A DNA stretch of 64,000 nt from Styela clava (Eukaryota), in assembly GCF_964204865.1 (NCBI RefSeq), contig NC_135250.1, positions 930,001 to 994,000 of the forward strand, given 5' to 3'. Positions 1 through 13,360 of the stretch are shown here, one piece after another. The position numbers were made by a program, and so were the translations under genes. Every line of letters starts with the position of its first letter. Positions within the stretch are counted from its first letter, which is position 1. Below the pieces are notes generated by a model, which saw only the letters and a list, made by a program, of their open reading frames with translations, was not told the origin of the DNA and searched no databases.

Positions 1-2094
1 TAATGAGCCTATAATTTAATTATAATTAGACGAAGAGCAAAAAAACGAAGAAAAGTTGATGCTAGATGCAAAGGGTTCAATGGCGCCGAAAATATTCAAA
101 TGGATTTTTTTGAGATGCAATGCAATGAAAAAATAAATCTATATTCTATTCGAGATATGTATCACTACTTGATGTTTATAAAAAAAAAAAGTATCTTATT
201 CATAGAAAACTCTATCCAAATTTAACAAATCATTCAAAAATTTCAAATCGATGTTTTGAAGTACATATGCATGCGAACAATTATTTTCGAAAATGTACAT
301 TTGAAAGAGCAAGCTGAGAAATCGGACTACTGATTCCCATTGATGAAATGTTTTAATCGTGGCTTCATCCAGTGTCCCCTTTAGAAAAGAGTGATGCAAC
401 AAAAAGTGTCACATTAAAAGTCATGTAAATTTTTTTCTTTAAAAGTCGAGTTTACGAGTTGGGCAGTCTTGGCGCGCTGTTAAAATTAACTTTTGATATG
501 TGTGAACTGTGATTCATCAGCCATCCGTTCGGTTTTTAACATTTTAAAAATATGTGCAAGTTTGCAAAAATATGTACAAGTTTCAATGACTTGCAACCTT
601 TAATTTTGGCCCGCGAGCAACAAACGGTTGCCTACCCGTCTACGATTGGTGTAGAATAGAGCTCAACTCACTTCTACTAATTACATTATGTCAATGATTG
701 GATGAAATACAACGTGTTTTACATTTTCGCTCTGGACAACAGACCAACAGATACAAACATGAACGCGGAAAAGCCATGACGTTTGCAATTTTCACCCGGC
801 TAATTTTATTATAATCACTGGTAGTATGTTATATTGGTTCGTATACTAGTGGGCTAACTATACACATTTCTGCCTATGAACACACCACCACTTTAAACTT
901 CAAATTACCCTTTATCTCCGTGTTAAAAGCCTATCGGCGTATGTGGCCGTTTCTTATTTATTATCAAGCACTATACATTGTCTCTATTTACTTATCATGG
1001 ATGTGAAGGATGATGTTGTTGTTCAAGTAATGTCAAATCAATAGGCTCGGTTAAATCGACGCAACCTCGAGCTCGTCTTACATGAATTCAGTATGAAGTG
1101 GCGTTTAGATGTTGTTACTGGTTATGGAAAGATATTAGCCTTTACCTGAAAAATCGGCTCTTTTAACGATTAGCGTATTCGCGGATGTTGTTTTAGAAGT
1201 CGCTACATGGAAATTTCCCAGAAAGAAACGGGTGTTACTGCATGCGCCTCTGAATCGCCACAATAATTATATTGTGTTGAAGTGATTGCCTCAGATGCAC
1301 TTGTAATTCAAGTAGCGGGAATACCAGAAAGCGATACAGTGCATATTTGAATACAACTTTCATCGTTACCATATCCTTGAATAAAAGCTAACAGCCAAAG
1401 TCCACAGTGCTGTATACAAAATTAAATATACAAGATTATTTGATAAAAACTTTCCAATGTTCTAAATTTTTGTACTCGGGGATTTGTGCGGCGAAACAAA
1501 AGATAACGCGAGCGTATGGAGTTTTGTATATGCGGTATTTCGGCAATCATTTGCATTGACATTGTGACGTGGTTAGACGTAATTCTAATATTTGAATGAC
1601 TTATTTCAATTGGTGTTAGGGATGACATATGCAGACATTGTTGAGTTACGATCACGTCTACTTCAAGCACCTGTGGAACTAACTATACTATACTCTATTC
1701 GAGACAAGATAGCGCCAAACAGAGCAATTAATGACAAGCACATCAATGGCTTATCTGAGGAGAAATTTTACACGATATTCACCTTGATGTTCGATTCCTT
1801 CATTGAGATTGTCAAAAGTTGAAGGTTTCTAACATTCGATCTCATTGACTCGTTATATGTCAAATACTGAAGTTTTGAGCAACGACTCAACACCGAGGCA
1901 ATGATATCAGGGTCGTCAGCGTGGAGAAATTCAATCTTCTTTATTTCATCATACTGAACTCTGTCACCGTATTTGTGAAGATGAGTAAATATCTGCTTTG
2001 CTTCTTTACTATCCACGGTGAGTCGATGAATTCTTATCTGGATGAGAAGGCGACAATGTTTAACTTTCTATGTGTTGCAATAACACAGACCACG

Positions 2095-2840
2095 TTATTG
2101 GACAGTTATATTGTAGCCCACAACATCGCTAAAAAGTATCGCCTGTTTGTTGGAGGGGAATTTTCCCGCGAATGTATGCTGCAAGTTTTGAAAGTCATTT
2201 CTCTTGATATAAAAAGTAAATTTTCCGGCATAAGTTTTTCTAACAACGGGTAAACATCTTATGCACACACAGAATTATGAACATCAACAAATCAGAACTT
2301 CGATCGAGACTGACAGATAATCACTTGAATGCGTTATTGCGAATAGAATGTACCAAATACGAGCCACGTTCTGAACATCTTATTTCGAAAAAACCGTAAT
2401 TACACGTAGCCTATATTATATATGTGCTATATACAAAAATACACAACCGAATTATGTTGAGATGTCGTTTTTTTATATTTATATACATTGGGGTGGTTTT
2501 TGTGTAACAAAACAAGCCATAAGTAGCCATTTAGCCGTATTGCAGATGTACATGCAACTTTATTAGTCACTATCTGTTGTAAATTCGTTGTTGATATTTG
2601 TGCTTGTTATTCCTCAGGCATCACCAACTATTATAAATATTAATTTGATTACATAACAAATTGCGATGCTAGGTGTATCTAAAATCAAGCTTGCAGCCTA
2701 TTGTAGTGCCTAATTTTTATAATATTCTCAGGGCGTGCTCAAACCGTACGGTTGCGCCCTTTTTGCCGCTCCCCTTCTCTAGTCCGCGAATATCCGTTTG
2801 CTTAAATTTTTGCCCGCGGTCAATAAACTTTGGGAACCCC
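2095..2840 (+). mobile_element. Internally deleted GTF2IRD2/SPIN-like hAT relic in an NLR intron (paralog ~47405-48146)
   Basis: SYIVAHNIAKKYRLFVGGEFSRECMLQV..SKFSGISFSNN is joined directly to the C-terminal MNINKSELRSRLTDNHLNALLRI, ending 'aaactttgggaacccc'. Confidence 0.75.
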
Positions 2841-3504
2841 TTGTGTACAGTATTATATTGACTGAATAAACGCCAGAGTGGGATTTTAAACTGTCCAGCC
2901 GGGACAAGACGTTGAAAAGTGGGACTGTCCCGCCAAAAACGGGACGTATGGTAAAACCTAATTACATGCTGATTCTTAATTCTGATAATAACCCGAAGTT
3001 TCAGACGTCTTCACAAATGGAAATAAATTTTTAATGAATATCTGGAACGGAAATACGTCAGGCCATATTATATTTGAACCGTGGCCTTAGACAAATCAAG
3101 ACCTCATGACGAGGCTGGTAATCCGGGTTTCAGGCAGATCCGCAATAACATACAACGCCTACTTGCAGAAATTTTGAATAATCTCGCCCGAAAACAGAAG
3201 AAATTAAGAAAGAATAAATTAATTTCCAACGCCGGACTACGTTGTAAGCACTTTGCGTTTGGCTATGGGGTGAACCTCTATGAATACACTGTGCATACAA
3301 ATTCAGAGCTTTATACTTATGTTTTCTGTTCACATATTTCCTGTTAAATCTGCCAAATACTTAGAAACTGCCCATTGATATCGACATTAACTAAAATATA
3401 CACTCTAGCACTAAGATATTTGTTAGAAATGGCAATGTGCTTCTGAAACTAGAATGAGGTTTATTATTACTTATATATAATCTAATATTGAATCGACTGC
3501 ATTG

Positions 3505-3666
3505 CCGCAACGTTTGTGTCTTCGAGAAGACTCTTCAGAACATCGATGTGTTGCATATTGAGAGTTCCTGACTGCATAATTCTGCATTCAAAGCTATTTC
3601 TGAATATATAAACCTTTTGCAGAAGTTCGAGTAATTCGCCAACAATTTGACATAGTTCGCATTTAT
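3505..3666 (-). pseudogene. Degenerate extra LRR-type exon of NLR copy A (absent from copy B)
   Basis: IVGELLELLQKVYIFRNSFECRIMQSGTLNMQHIDVLKSLLEDTNVA aligns with exon 8 DSGIFLNLLKVLTKYKEKLHFNAVQLNTLNEIHIPDLECVFENFDTT. The acceptor 'gtcatcag' is out of frame with it and the donor is GC. Confidence 0.55.
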
Positions 3667-6600
3667 CTGATGACAAATAACAATCATACCGATAATTAAA
3701 TATGATATTTTCAAAAGGTAAAAATTGCAGACTAACAAGATCTTCATATTTATTGTTTGGTTAAGAATGTACCTAAGTCATTAGCGGTCCAAGAGAAGGT
3801 CTTCAAATTCTCAGTGACGAAGATATGTCAAATCCGTCATATTTTGGAAGCAAAAGGACAAATAAAAGCAGAATCTTTAGAAACTATGTCTTTTGCAGCG
3901 CATGAGTTTATTTAAAATATTCAGAACTATGGACCTTGTATTATTTGGTTATGAAAATGATGACCACGATGAATTATCCAGCCATAAATACATACACTCA
4001 CTGAATGCATAGTTTTTTAAAAGTGGATGCCATTAAAGACTTATGAATTCAATTATTAGAGTATCTAGTCTTTCACGTTACCCTTGAACTATTTTTTGGA
4101 CTTTGGATTAGGGGTCTGTAGAACCCACTTTTAGAACCCCCGATATAGACTAAATATGGCAGAGCAATCGAGCGTAAAGATCATGGCCTAAATTATTTAT
4201 TCAGCTAGTTTTTATATATTATATTAAAACCTAGCGTTGTGTCAAAGTTTTCAAAAACGCACTCCAAATCCGGGATATGCATTTCGTTCAAAGTGTTCAG
4301 TTGAACGGCATTAAAATGCAATTTTTTCTTGTATTTGGTAAGCACCTTCAGAAGATTTAAGAAGATGCCACTGTCAGTGATCATTCGTTTGATAGTTGTA
4401 ATGTATACCTGTTAAGGATTATTTAATTTGTTGAGTTTAGAAACGAACGAATTACTTCAGGTCTTATTTGATTTACAAGTTTGTGTTTGCCGTGAAGCAG
4501 TCTTCGCCGAAGTAACCCAAAGTAGCTCATGCCACATTTATCAGATATGTTTTTTACTTTCTGTCGATATGGACCATGAAATAAAACGGGATTATTTCGT
4601 ATCCAATGGCGAAATTTTCTTAAAATGTACTATGTAGTAAAATAATTTCCCAATGTCGTATCAATATAAATAGCATCATTGGTCGATGGCTAATACAAAG
4701 CTGTACGGAAAAGGGCATGCGACATGGGTCACGTTAAATGATTTGAAAAATGAAATACTAATAATCAAGTTTCTCCAACCTCGAAACATTTTTTTAATAA
4801 AGCAAGTAGAAATATTCGAACTATGTCTTAAATATAGATATACTTAAGATGATTTTACAACGGATGAATACAAAAATAACTCGTTATTTAGTATTTGACC
4901 ATTTCAATACCGCAGACTCAATTTTTTGGGATGAAACTAATTCAGAGATCTAAGTCCACGTGACTAACAAACACAAAAATTTAATCACCGCAATCCGAGA
5001 TTCAGCTAAAAAGCCTTTCAAATCACTGAGTTGTTCTCCGTTTATTGACCCAATATCAAGAGATTTGACTTTATTGAAAAACTGAGTTGCACCGCAAACG
5101 ACGTGGAAGTCCGCAGCCGAGAGTTGCAGTTTATTTAAGTTGATCGATTCCATTGGCGAATCAGCTACGATTTCTTTTGCGCTGTCACCGCATTGATGCA
5201 ACGAATGCAAAAGTTCAAGAAGATCTGGTTGCTCAAGTTGTGGGTTTCGGAACTGTTCTTGAAAACTTTTCTTTAGAGCGTCTTGCTTCAATGTAAGAGA
5301 ATCTGCCAATGCTATAAAAACAGAAACACTTGAGCGAGGTTCGTCGAAACAATTGATTATTTTGATCATTTGTTATTTGACTTTACCCGTATTTTCTTTT
5401 TTTGCTTGTTCAGGTGTGGCATCTTGTTTAGCAAATTGTAAAGGTGTTGGTGTTCCCGCAATTGCTGGTAAAGGTTAAAATATATTTATATTCATCTTTT
5501 TTGACATAACAAGCCGAGCTCAAATTTCCTACCTGTAAAGCTAACATCTTTGTATGTGCTGCTTACTGATGCACCGGACTCTACATATTGTGCTGCAACA
5601 ATATGCTTCTTCTTTTCTGGTATTAAATAAAATACATGGTAAATAACTTAGTCGTCTAATTACCTTCGAATTCAAAAATCTAATAACTTTACCAATATTA
5701 ACCGGACCATGGTAAATATGTGTGACTGTCATTTGAGATGAATTTTTTTCAGCTCCGGACGATAATATTTTAAAATCTGCAAATAAATAATAATGTTTTT
5801 GAATTTTCATGTTTTTGATATCTAATACCATGCATCGATGTGTTATTGAAATTTGTTCGCGCAATTTTTTTTTTTTTGAGAATGAAAGATTGAATACCTG
5901 TTCTTAATAAACTGACTGACGGGTCGTTTCCCTTGACTAATGTGCGAGTATTATCGTTCAAAATGATTCCACTTGTTATTCTTCTAACCATGGACCAGTG
6001 TGCAGTATGAAGAACGTTCAGGAACTTTCGGAATTCCTCGATTGTCATATCGATCACTTCCAAACTGGCCAGGGCCTCTTGAATGCTCTGGTGGCATAAT
6101 ATATACTTATAGTTTCCTTCGACAAGCTTCTGATTTATTCCACTGGTACCTGGATAAATGATGATCAGATCTTGTATATCTTCAACTGTTATTTCTTCGG
6201 GTAAATCTTTTTTTGTGAAAGTGACTTGACCTTTTTTGGTTGCCTGGAAACATGTTATCTTTAAAGCATCAATTACTTTGTGGATGTCTTCCTTAGCACG
6301 AACGTGTTCGGACACTGTCATATCGCGTAACACAAGCAAAAGAATTTCACTGAATGTTTTGGGTGGATTCTCTTTATGTCTGGAAACCACCAGAACCGTG
6401 AATACTAAAAACATCGGTATCGTACAGATGGGAATCAAAGCTGGTGCTTTCTCTTGTAAATGATTCCAGATTTTATCGCCGTCATCTCCCCCAAGCTTTT
6501 TGACGAGTATTTGTACCGATTCGTATGAAAAGCCTGATAAAGCAATGACTTTATTCGCGCGGACACTGCCATCAAAGCTTCTTATTCCGTGTTCTCGAGA

Positions 6601-8165
6601 CGAATATAGAACACGGATTCCAGGAAGAAGATTCCCTGACAATAAACCATTCAGCATATCTGTTGGATTCATTTTGTCTCGATAATTACTAGTTCCTTGA
6701 TTTTTTCCTAAATCTTTTATGTTTTCGTATTGATCTGCCCCATCCAGCACTAGCATATATTTGTTGGGATTACTAGCGATCCACTCAATACTTTTCGTTC
6801 TGTCACTCGGAGCCATGTTAACGTTTCCTAACAGGAGATTTCCCAGGGTTAATTTCTCGTCTCCATGAAAGTCTCGAAAGTTCATGTGCTGTATAACTTC
6901 AACTTCCTCTAGCCCTGGAATCTTTTCATCCATCATGTCATTCGAAAATTTTTCGTCATCTCAGTTTTACCATAACCAGCTCCCCCTATTAATGCGACTC
7001 TTCTAACATTCGGATCTTTGAAGAATTCGTCAGGCGAAGTATTTGTTCCTCCCTGGGCATGTTTAAGTGGACTAAATGATTTCTCGGGTTTGTATTCTCG
7101 TTCGTCGGCCCCAGTTTCGTAGAAATTAACTTCCACTAAAGTAGGCGTAACTTGAAAATCATGTTGCTTCAATCCTGCAATCTTAGAAGGCTTTGTATTT
7201 TTCCGAGTGGTCTCATTAACTTTCTTTATTAAGCGTCGACGAACTGAAAATATTATATATTCTATTTGAGTAACAAAGAACAACGAATGCAGTGTAATCA
7301 TGTTTGGCGATACACGCAGTCCTTGCAATTGAAGAGTATAGAGTTTTCTTAGTTCAATGAAGAAATGTCTGATATATACCATGTTGTTTATTAATTTTAC
7401 TGCGATGTATTTTTCTACGACTAATTGGAAAATGGATTTTATTAAAATTCGCTGTATGTACATTTAAAGAGTGAGTTAGATATGAAAGGCGGTAGGTATA
7501 TTAGTTAACAAAGAATATCTGATACATAGCATGGTGTTTATTAATTTTTCTACGATTAATTGGAAAAGGGATTCAAGCGAAATTCGATAAAGGCTCATCT
7601 AATAATAATATACTCATCGTGCATATTTTCTGTTTAAACCAGCAACTCACCGAAGAAATTCCCTAAAATAAATGAAGAAAAATTCACAACATGTTTTATT
7701 AATCAAATTATATCAGCAGACTCAAGAAAGATAGTTACCCATTGTCTATTCCTCAGCGTGCATTGATCGATTATATTGAAAACCCTATTCTACTTTACTT
7801 GTTTAACTAATTTCTGGAATATAAGGAAATAGTAAGGAAATAATAAATCTATGCACAATTATATCGACACGAAAAAAGTCTGTTACGGGTATACTACTGT
7901 TTACAATGTTGGTTGATTACGCAATCTTTTGAAAATAAATTGATGTGATAGTTTACTAAGAGCCACTTTCGTTTTTTTACCTCTAACATTTGCAAGTGAT
8001 AATAGTGCTGTAGTAGACAGGAGATTTTTAGAATACCAACAATAGAAATAATAACATTTCAACAAAAAAACTTCTTGTTAAAAATCGGACTACTCCGTTT
8101 TGTATGGTATGTAAGAAATATGCAAGTCTCATGAGATAATAAATTATGGATGTGTCGTCCTATAG

Positions 8166-9089
8166 CAGGGATGGGGAACCATTGACCCGCGGGTCACAAA
8201 GTGACCGCAAAGGCACGAATAAAATAAAAAAAAACTGCCAAACTTTCATCCCGTCTTCAATGTTGATAATTACCAACTTGTTTTATATTGCTTTTACGAG
8301 ACGAATAAACATACATACATACAACATATCAGTGATAAAAATTGATAAAACCGGCCTTGAATTAATCTAACAATAACTAAACTATTATATTGTACCGTCA
8401 GTTGCGCAGTCAGAGCTGCGAGTGCTCATATTCAAATTGTTAATTTTCTGGCCGGTAATTTTCAAAACCCTTAATCTTGGACGCATGTCTGCACTGCCGT
8501 GTACCGTTATTCAGCTATCCGCTCTGACATAACAAATCAATTGATCTGTTCATTTCTCGCAACGTCTTGTCTCTTTCGGAAGTGCATCTGGAGACTGTTT
8601 AGGGGTTATACGTGAACTAGATGCTACTTTGCATTTTATTAGTTTCTCGCCTACAGTGCCGTTGAGAAAACAACAATCTTTCAGAATTGAAATAAAAACC
8701 TAGAAATCTGAAATAACAATGGGGCAGTGTAAAAGTGCTTCAATGTGGTTGAAAGATGATCTGAAAATATAACACTATCAGAGTGGAATTCCCTCCAAAC
8801 TCTTTGGAACCGTAAAATATTTTGCCGCATAATCCTAAACGTTTTTGGTGGTTCATATGCGTGTTTTCGTACTCTAACTTCATAAAATCGAGTGCCATAA
8901 TATGTCTTTGATAGAAATGCTGCATAAGTAAAGCCCAAAACTACGCCAACAGAAGCTTATAAGATTTGTTTCAGAAGTTTTTTTTATATAGATACAAACA
9001 TTGATTAAATATCTGTGACCCACTCTCTTCTGTTCCGCGATAAAAATATAATTTTTGACCTATTCATTGAAATAGGTTTGCCACCCCTG
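8166..9089. mobile_element. Non-autonomous hAT (Buster-type) element, copy A only
   Basis: TIRs CAGGGATGGGGAACC / GGTTTGCCACCCCTG, with perfect 8-bp TSD tcctatag (central TA) at 8158-8165 and 9090-9097. Confidence 0.85.
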
Positions 9090-9331
9090 TCCTATAGTAT
9101 GCTATATATCAATTGCAGACACTTTGCATTGAAAAATTGAGATTTAGGATGTCCAAATTGTTTAGTTGAAATCATCACATGCTCTCCAACGTACTAATGC
9201 AATATAATGACAAATAAGAAGGCTCAAACAACTGTTTCATTCTTAGATTGTTTATTATTAAATTATTAACACTGTAAATGAAACGGGTTGAAGAACAAAC
9301 ACTAAACATTCCACAGGGCAACCTTAATTTC

Positions 9332-9497
9332 ATCATTACTTATCGACCTTGATCGGTAAGTATGTTGATAGGTATTTGTCTGTCTGTTTGTTTGTTTGTC
9401 TGTTAGTTGCACGCGATATCTCACGAAAGCGAGGTTAAATCTGCTCCAAATTTTGCATGTGCATTCATCATATCTCGGACCAGAAGCCTATTGATTT
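9332..9497 (+). mobile_element. Helentron/DINE-1-like non-autonomous fragment
   Basis: A terminal hairpin-like segment followed by a (tctg/tttg)n microsatellite and 'ccaaattttgcatgtgcatt..gaagcctattgattt'. Classification is by architecture only. Confidence 0.45.
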
Positions 9498-9524
9498 GTG
9501 CAAGTGCTTAGTGATGTTCGTAGA

Positions 9525-10411
9525 CAGGTAAGTGGGTCCGCAATTCAGCTTGACGCGTCTACAGATGTACCAAACTGTGATCAGCTACTAATTTTCGTTC
9601 GATATGTAAACAAAAATGGCGTTGGATAAGAGTTCTTGATGAATGCGGCATTAGATGCAACAACTGAAGGAGATGATATATTTCAAATTCACAAATTGTG
9701 ATTATTTTCAGCAAACATGGTTTAAAATGAGAAAATCTAACGGCACTGGATAGGGAGCAGCTATGTTTGGACGAAGAAAGTCTGGCTTTATAGCTCATTT
9801 GATATATTTGCACCGTATGGTCCACCAGTTTATATTGTCATGAAAAATCTTTTCTGCTGAACTCTTCGACGTTCCATCACTAGTGATTAAGATGATGGGC
9901 ATTGGGCAGTGTAAAGCGAGTGCTCACAAATATCTTCGAAAAAAGTGCTGATCCTTGTTTGATCCATGGTTTTGATTTTTTATGGTAAGAATATGCCAAA
10001 TAGGGCCTTGGAAGAAAAGAGATAACAGTGTGTGAGTTTAAAGAATATGAAAAATTCAGTTTTACGGAAAGAAAATATTTATTCTGGCATCTTTTTAAGT
10101 TTATAACAGAATTTCTGTGTCACAATCCCAAATTTGAAAACACAAGGTTCGCTGGGCATCTTATGAGGCTGGAAAAGAAATTTGACACCTGTTTTTCAAG
10201 TTCCGCTCGAGGAAATCATGATGCGGTTTTTGCACATCTAGTGCAAACTAGTCTCCGGCTGAAGCCAGAGGGTCATTATAGAGTGGCCATATGACCACCT
10301 TTCACCCGCTAGCTAGCGCCTTTTAAGAATTACTCTTTGGCGATGGGTCCAAGATTTAGTTCCCCCCGGTCGCTAAGTATAAGAAGATGTTAGTCAAAGT
10401 TGCCGCCCCTG
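9525..10411 (+). mobile_element. hAT (Buster/Charlie, ZBED/SCAND3-like) transposase relic; paralog ~52560-53440
   Basis: AIQLDASTDVPNCDQLLIFVRYV..EFLMNAALDATTEGDDIFQI (copy B: AIQLDESTDVTNC..VRYV..LKWENL), ending in the TIR-like 'aagttgccgcccctg'. Confidence 0.8.
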
Positions 10412-10459
10412 AAGTATGTATTTACGTTGTAATAATTCAAATATTTTTTTCCCCAAGCA

Positions 10460-10845
10460 TTTGAGATTCGATTCGGAAATATTTATTTGAAATATCTCCC
10501 AAAAAGTATTCGATTTGAATATCTTTCAAGTGTTCGAAATTCGATTCAAAAAAATATTCAATCTGAATATTTTTTAAGTGTTCGAGATTTGATTCGAAAA
10601 ATATTCGATTTGAATATCTTTCAAGTGTTCGAGATTCGATTCGAAAAATATTCAATCTGAATATCTTTCAAGTGTTCGAGATTCGATTCGAAAAAATATT
10701 CAATCTGATATCCAATATTCAATCTGAATATTTTTCAAGGTTTCGAGATTTGATTTAAAAACATATTCTATTTGAATATTTTCAACTTTTCGAGATTCGA
10801 TTTGAAAACATATTCTATTTGAATATTTTTCAAGTGTTCGAGACT
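10460..10845. repeat. ~47-bp TTCGA-rich minisatellite (~8 units); shorter paralog 53450-53625
   Basis: Unit ~ttcgagattcgattcgaaaaatattcaatctgaatatctttcaagtg, repeated head-to-tail. Confidence 0.9.
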
Positions 10846-13117
10846 TGCAAATTCAACCAGCCTATGATAAATAGCCCTTGTAATATTTTGAACATTACAG
10901 CGATATTTTCAGGCTGTCAATAGTATACCAATTTTTCAGTTTTATCTGTAAATTATTTTTTGTTTCCTCGAATGTTTTTTTTCACTTTCGAACAAAACCT
11001 CAGGGTACACGGAGTAGGACATACCTTCTTCACGTCATCTTCAGTCTTTCTTCATTCTTGCAAATGATATTTTGAATCACGCATGCAAATTAGAGTACAG
11101 ACAACTGAACACTAACCTGACATCGCTTTCAGAGCCAGCTATGATTGGGACACAAACTAGCAATAAAAGACACAAGACCTTCTCGAAGTTGTAGTTTTCG
11201 GATCGATATAAGTAATAAATAAATGAATACCAAACGCGAAAAATGTGTTTTGTAAAAAGCGTTTAATAAACGCCGGATTTGTATATGCGTTACAAAAAAT
11301 GATTTATCAACGATATCGGAGATCGTTAAGTCTAGTTGGATTGCGATGTATATGTATTAATAAATACGACGTTTCGCCGGTTAAAGTTTGCTTTTTATCC
11401 GCGGCGAATCTGCCATTGTGAAATATACTTTATGACAACAAACAGTGACGCCTGAATGCGGTGTACACAGCAGCGGAGACTCATGTGCGTCGATCGGCAA
11501 TCAGCTGATGTTGAACAAACAAACTGTTCAGATTCTAATAATTTACGGACATATACTCTATAACCCAATATGCCGCATTGTATTTAAGAGTATGTTATAA
11601 AGCAATCACATATATTTCGGTCAAAAAGGATGACGCGCTCTGATATGTTTTACACAACTTCAATGACTGAAGATTTGTGCCACAGGTGTTCCGAAATTCA
11701 GGTTAAATAGAAATATACATATTGTGTACAAAGTTTTTCTTTACATTCTATTTCAACTCTAAGACTTGGGTTAACTGGTCGTCTCCAAATCCGCCACCCA
11801 ATTCTGCACGAAGACAAATCCATTAAACATTCTATCACCTTTGGCCCTGCTCCCGAGACGTACCAACGTGGTTACAAATTTTGCTTATTAAGAAACTATA
11901 TACAACTTTAACCACCAAAATACTATTTTAATCATGTTTTAGAGTAGTGTCGATACGAAATATGCCAAGTTGGAACATTTAACAAAGACTATTTTGGAGC
12001 CAATCATGCGTTTTATTTTACCATATGTCAAATAAATACTTTGTCGCTTTGTTTCTTGGAGGTATGGTATTAATATAACAAATACAATTTGGAACATATA
12101 ATGAAAAACCAAAACTATTTTCGGGCAAAATACGCGATTATTGGTCGACGTTTATTGCAAATTCGAAACATACTTTATCGATTATTTCATTGAGCAGGAC
12201 TGTGGTGTTCACATGCAAATAATATAAAATTATCGGAAAGAATAAGAAACGAACATAAATAATTTCGGGGCCAATTTAGGCGGTTTTTGTCTCTATTTGC
12301 GGAAGGTCAATAAATACTTTCTCGTTTTTTTACAGAGGCATCACACAAAACTTTTTTAAAAACCGTTTTTAGATCTATATTAAATAGGTAGTTATCAATT
12401 GCGAAAAATGTGTTTTGTTGCATACTTCTAATAATATAATGTCAAAACAAAATATTGCATTTGTATATGCTTTCTGCAAAATAAGCATATTAACAACCCA
12501 CATATTTGAAACGTAAATCTCATCCAAATGATGATATATAAAATAATTTTATATATTTTCTCTTTTCTATTGGAAATCTATTTACTATCGTATATACTTT
12601 TTTGTCAAGCCGTAGTAAGTTTTGTGTGCGCTGTACACAGCAGCCGAGACTTATTGGCGTCGTATCGTGATCAGGTGATGTTACCAAACAAACTGCGCAA
12701 TCTATAAATGTTCTATACATCATCGAAATTTGCACTAAAGAGTATATTTTGTAGACAGCAATCATAAATATTCCGATCAAAATAAGATACGGTGATATGT
12801 ATATTTTACAACTATATCAGCGACATTTTGCAATAATGAGCATAGTTTGTAGCAATATTCTGGCCAAAACAACATGCTGTGCTCTTCACATGTGTTACAC
12901 AATCTCAAAACTTCAACGATTTATTTCATTGGCAATCCAAAAAGTTCTATCACTGTTTTCACTGGATACCACATCAAGCGTGGTTGGCTAGACATCATTT
13001 AGGTTTAGGTGGTATTTTGGTTTATTCGTCATATATATCCAATAGGAATTTTATTTTTTTTTTTTAATTAGAATTTTTACATTTACTCCGCGACCGTACC
13101 CACACTAAGACTAATTA

Positions 13118-13360
13118 AACAAGAGAGCTATGCTCAAATATATGGACACGTAGCGCCACCTAATAGCAATACTTTTGAAGACGTCATAGGAAAAAAAAAA
13201 AGTAATAGCCTTCTGGAGAAAATTTTTATCTTTAACCACTGAAAATTTCAAAGCAATTGGTCCAGTAATCAAAGAGAAAAGCGACTTTTTAAAAACGTGT
13301 CAAAGAACAAGAACATAATATTGAAACGATCGTTATGTCCACTACGTGTCCAATAATAAT
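13118..13360. repeat. Interspersed repeat family 'aacaagagagctatgctcaaatatatggacac' (also 55938-56180; partial at ~24974 and ~32250)
   Basis: The same terminus occurs at four sites. Probably a non-autonomous rolling-circle (Helentron-type) or MITE family; class not certain. Confidence 0.65.

Larger units (their letters stand above)
1783..7742 (-). pseudogene. NACHT/LRR NLR-like gene, copy A, probably pseudogenised
   Basis: Same exon set as copy B (7742-7739, 7662-7651, 7243-5898, 5776-5693, 5616-5533, 5464-5387, 5311-4989, 4408-4235, 2037-1783). A 1-bp deletion near 6950 (ACG AAAAA TTTT vs ACA AAAAAA TTTT) splits ORFs 6933-7463 and 5770-6936 just after Walker A. The exon-8 donor is CT rather than GT (4233-4234). 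The frameshift lies in a homopolymer and could be an assembly error. Confidence 0.75.

Noticed and set aside
5690-5720. RHIM core 'VNIG' in the NLR insert
   Set aside because: The G in the ORF track runs into the intron; the spliced sequence reads PVNI-E-KKK, and copy B has CLFNN.
7612-7632. Additional 12-nt microexon AAAATATGCACG
   Set aside because: The donor is AT rather than GT, and the upstream intron would be only ~21 nt.
10460-10845. CRISPR-like array
   Set aside because: The units are contiguous with no unique spacers, there are no cas genes, and the context is eukaryotic; it is a minisatellite.
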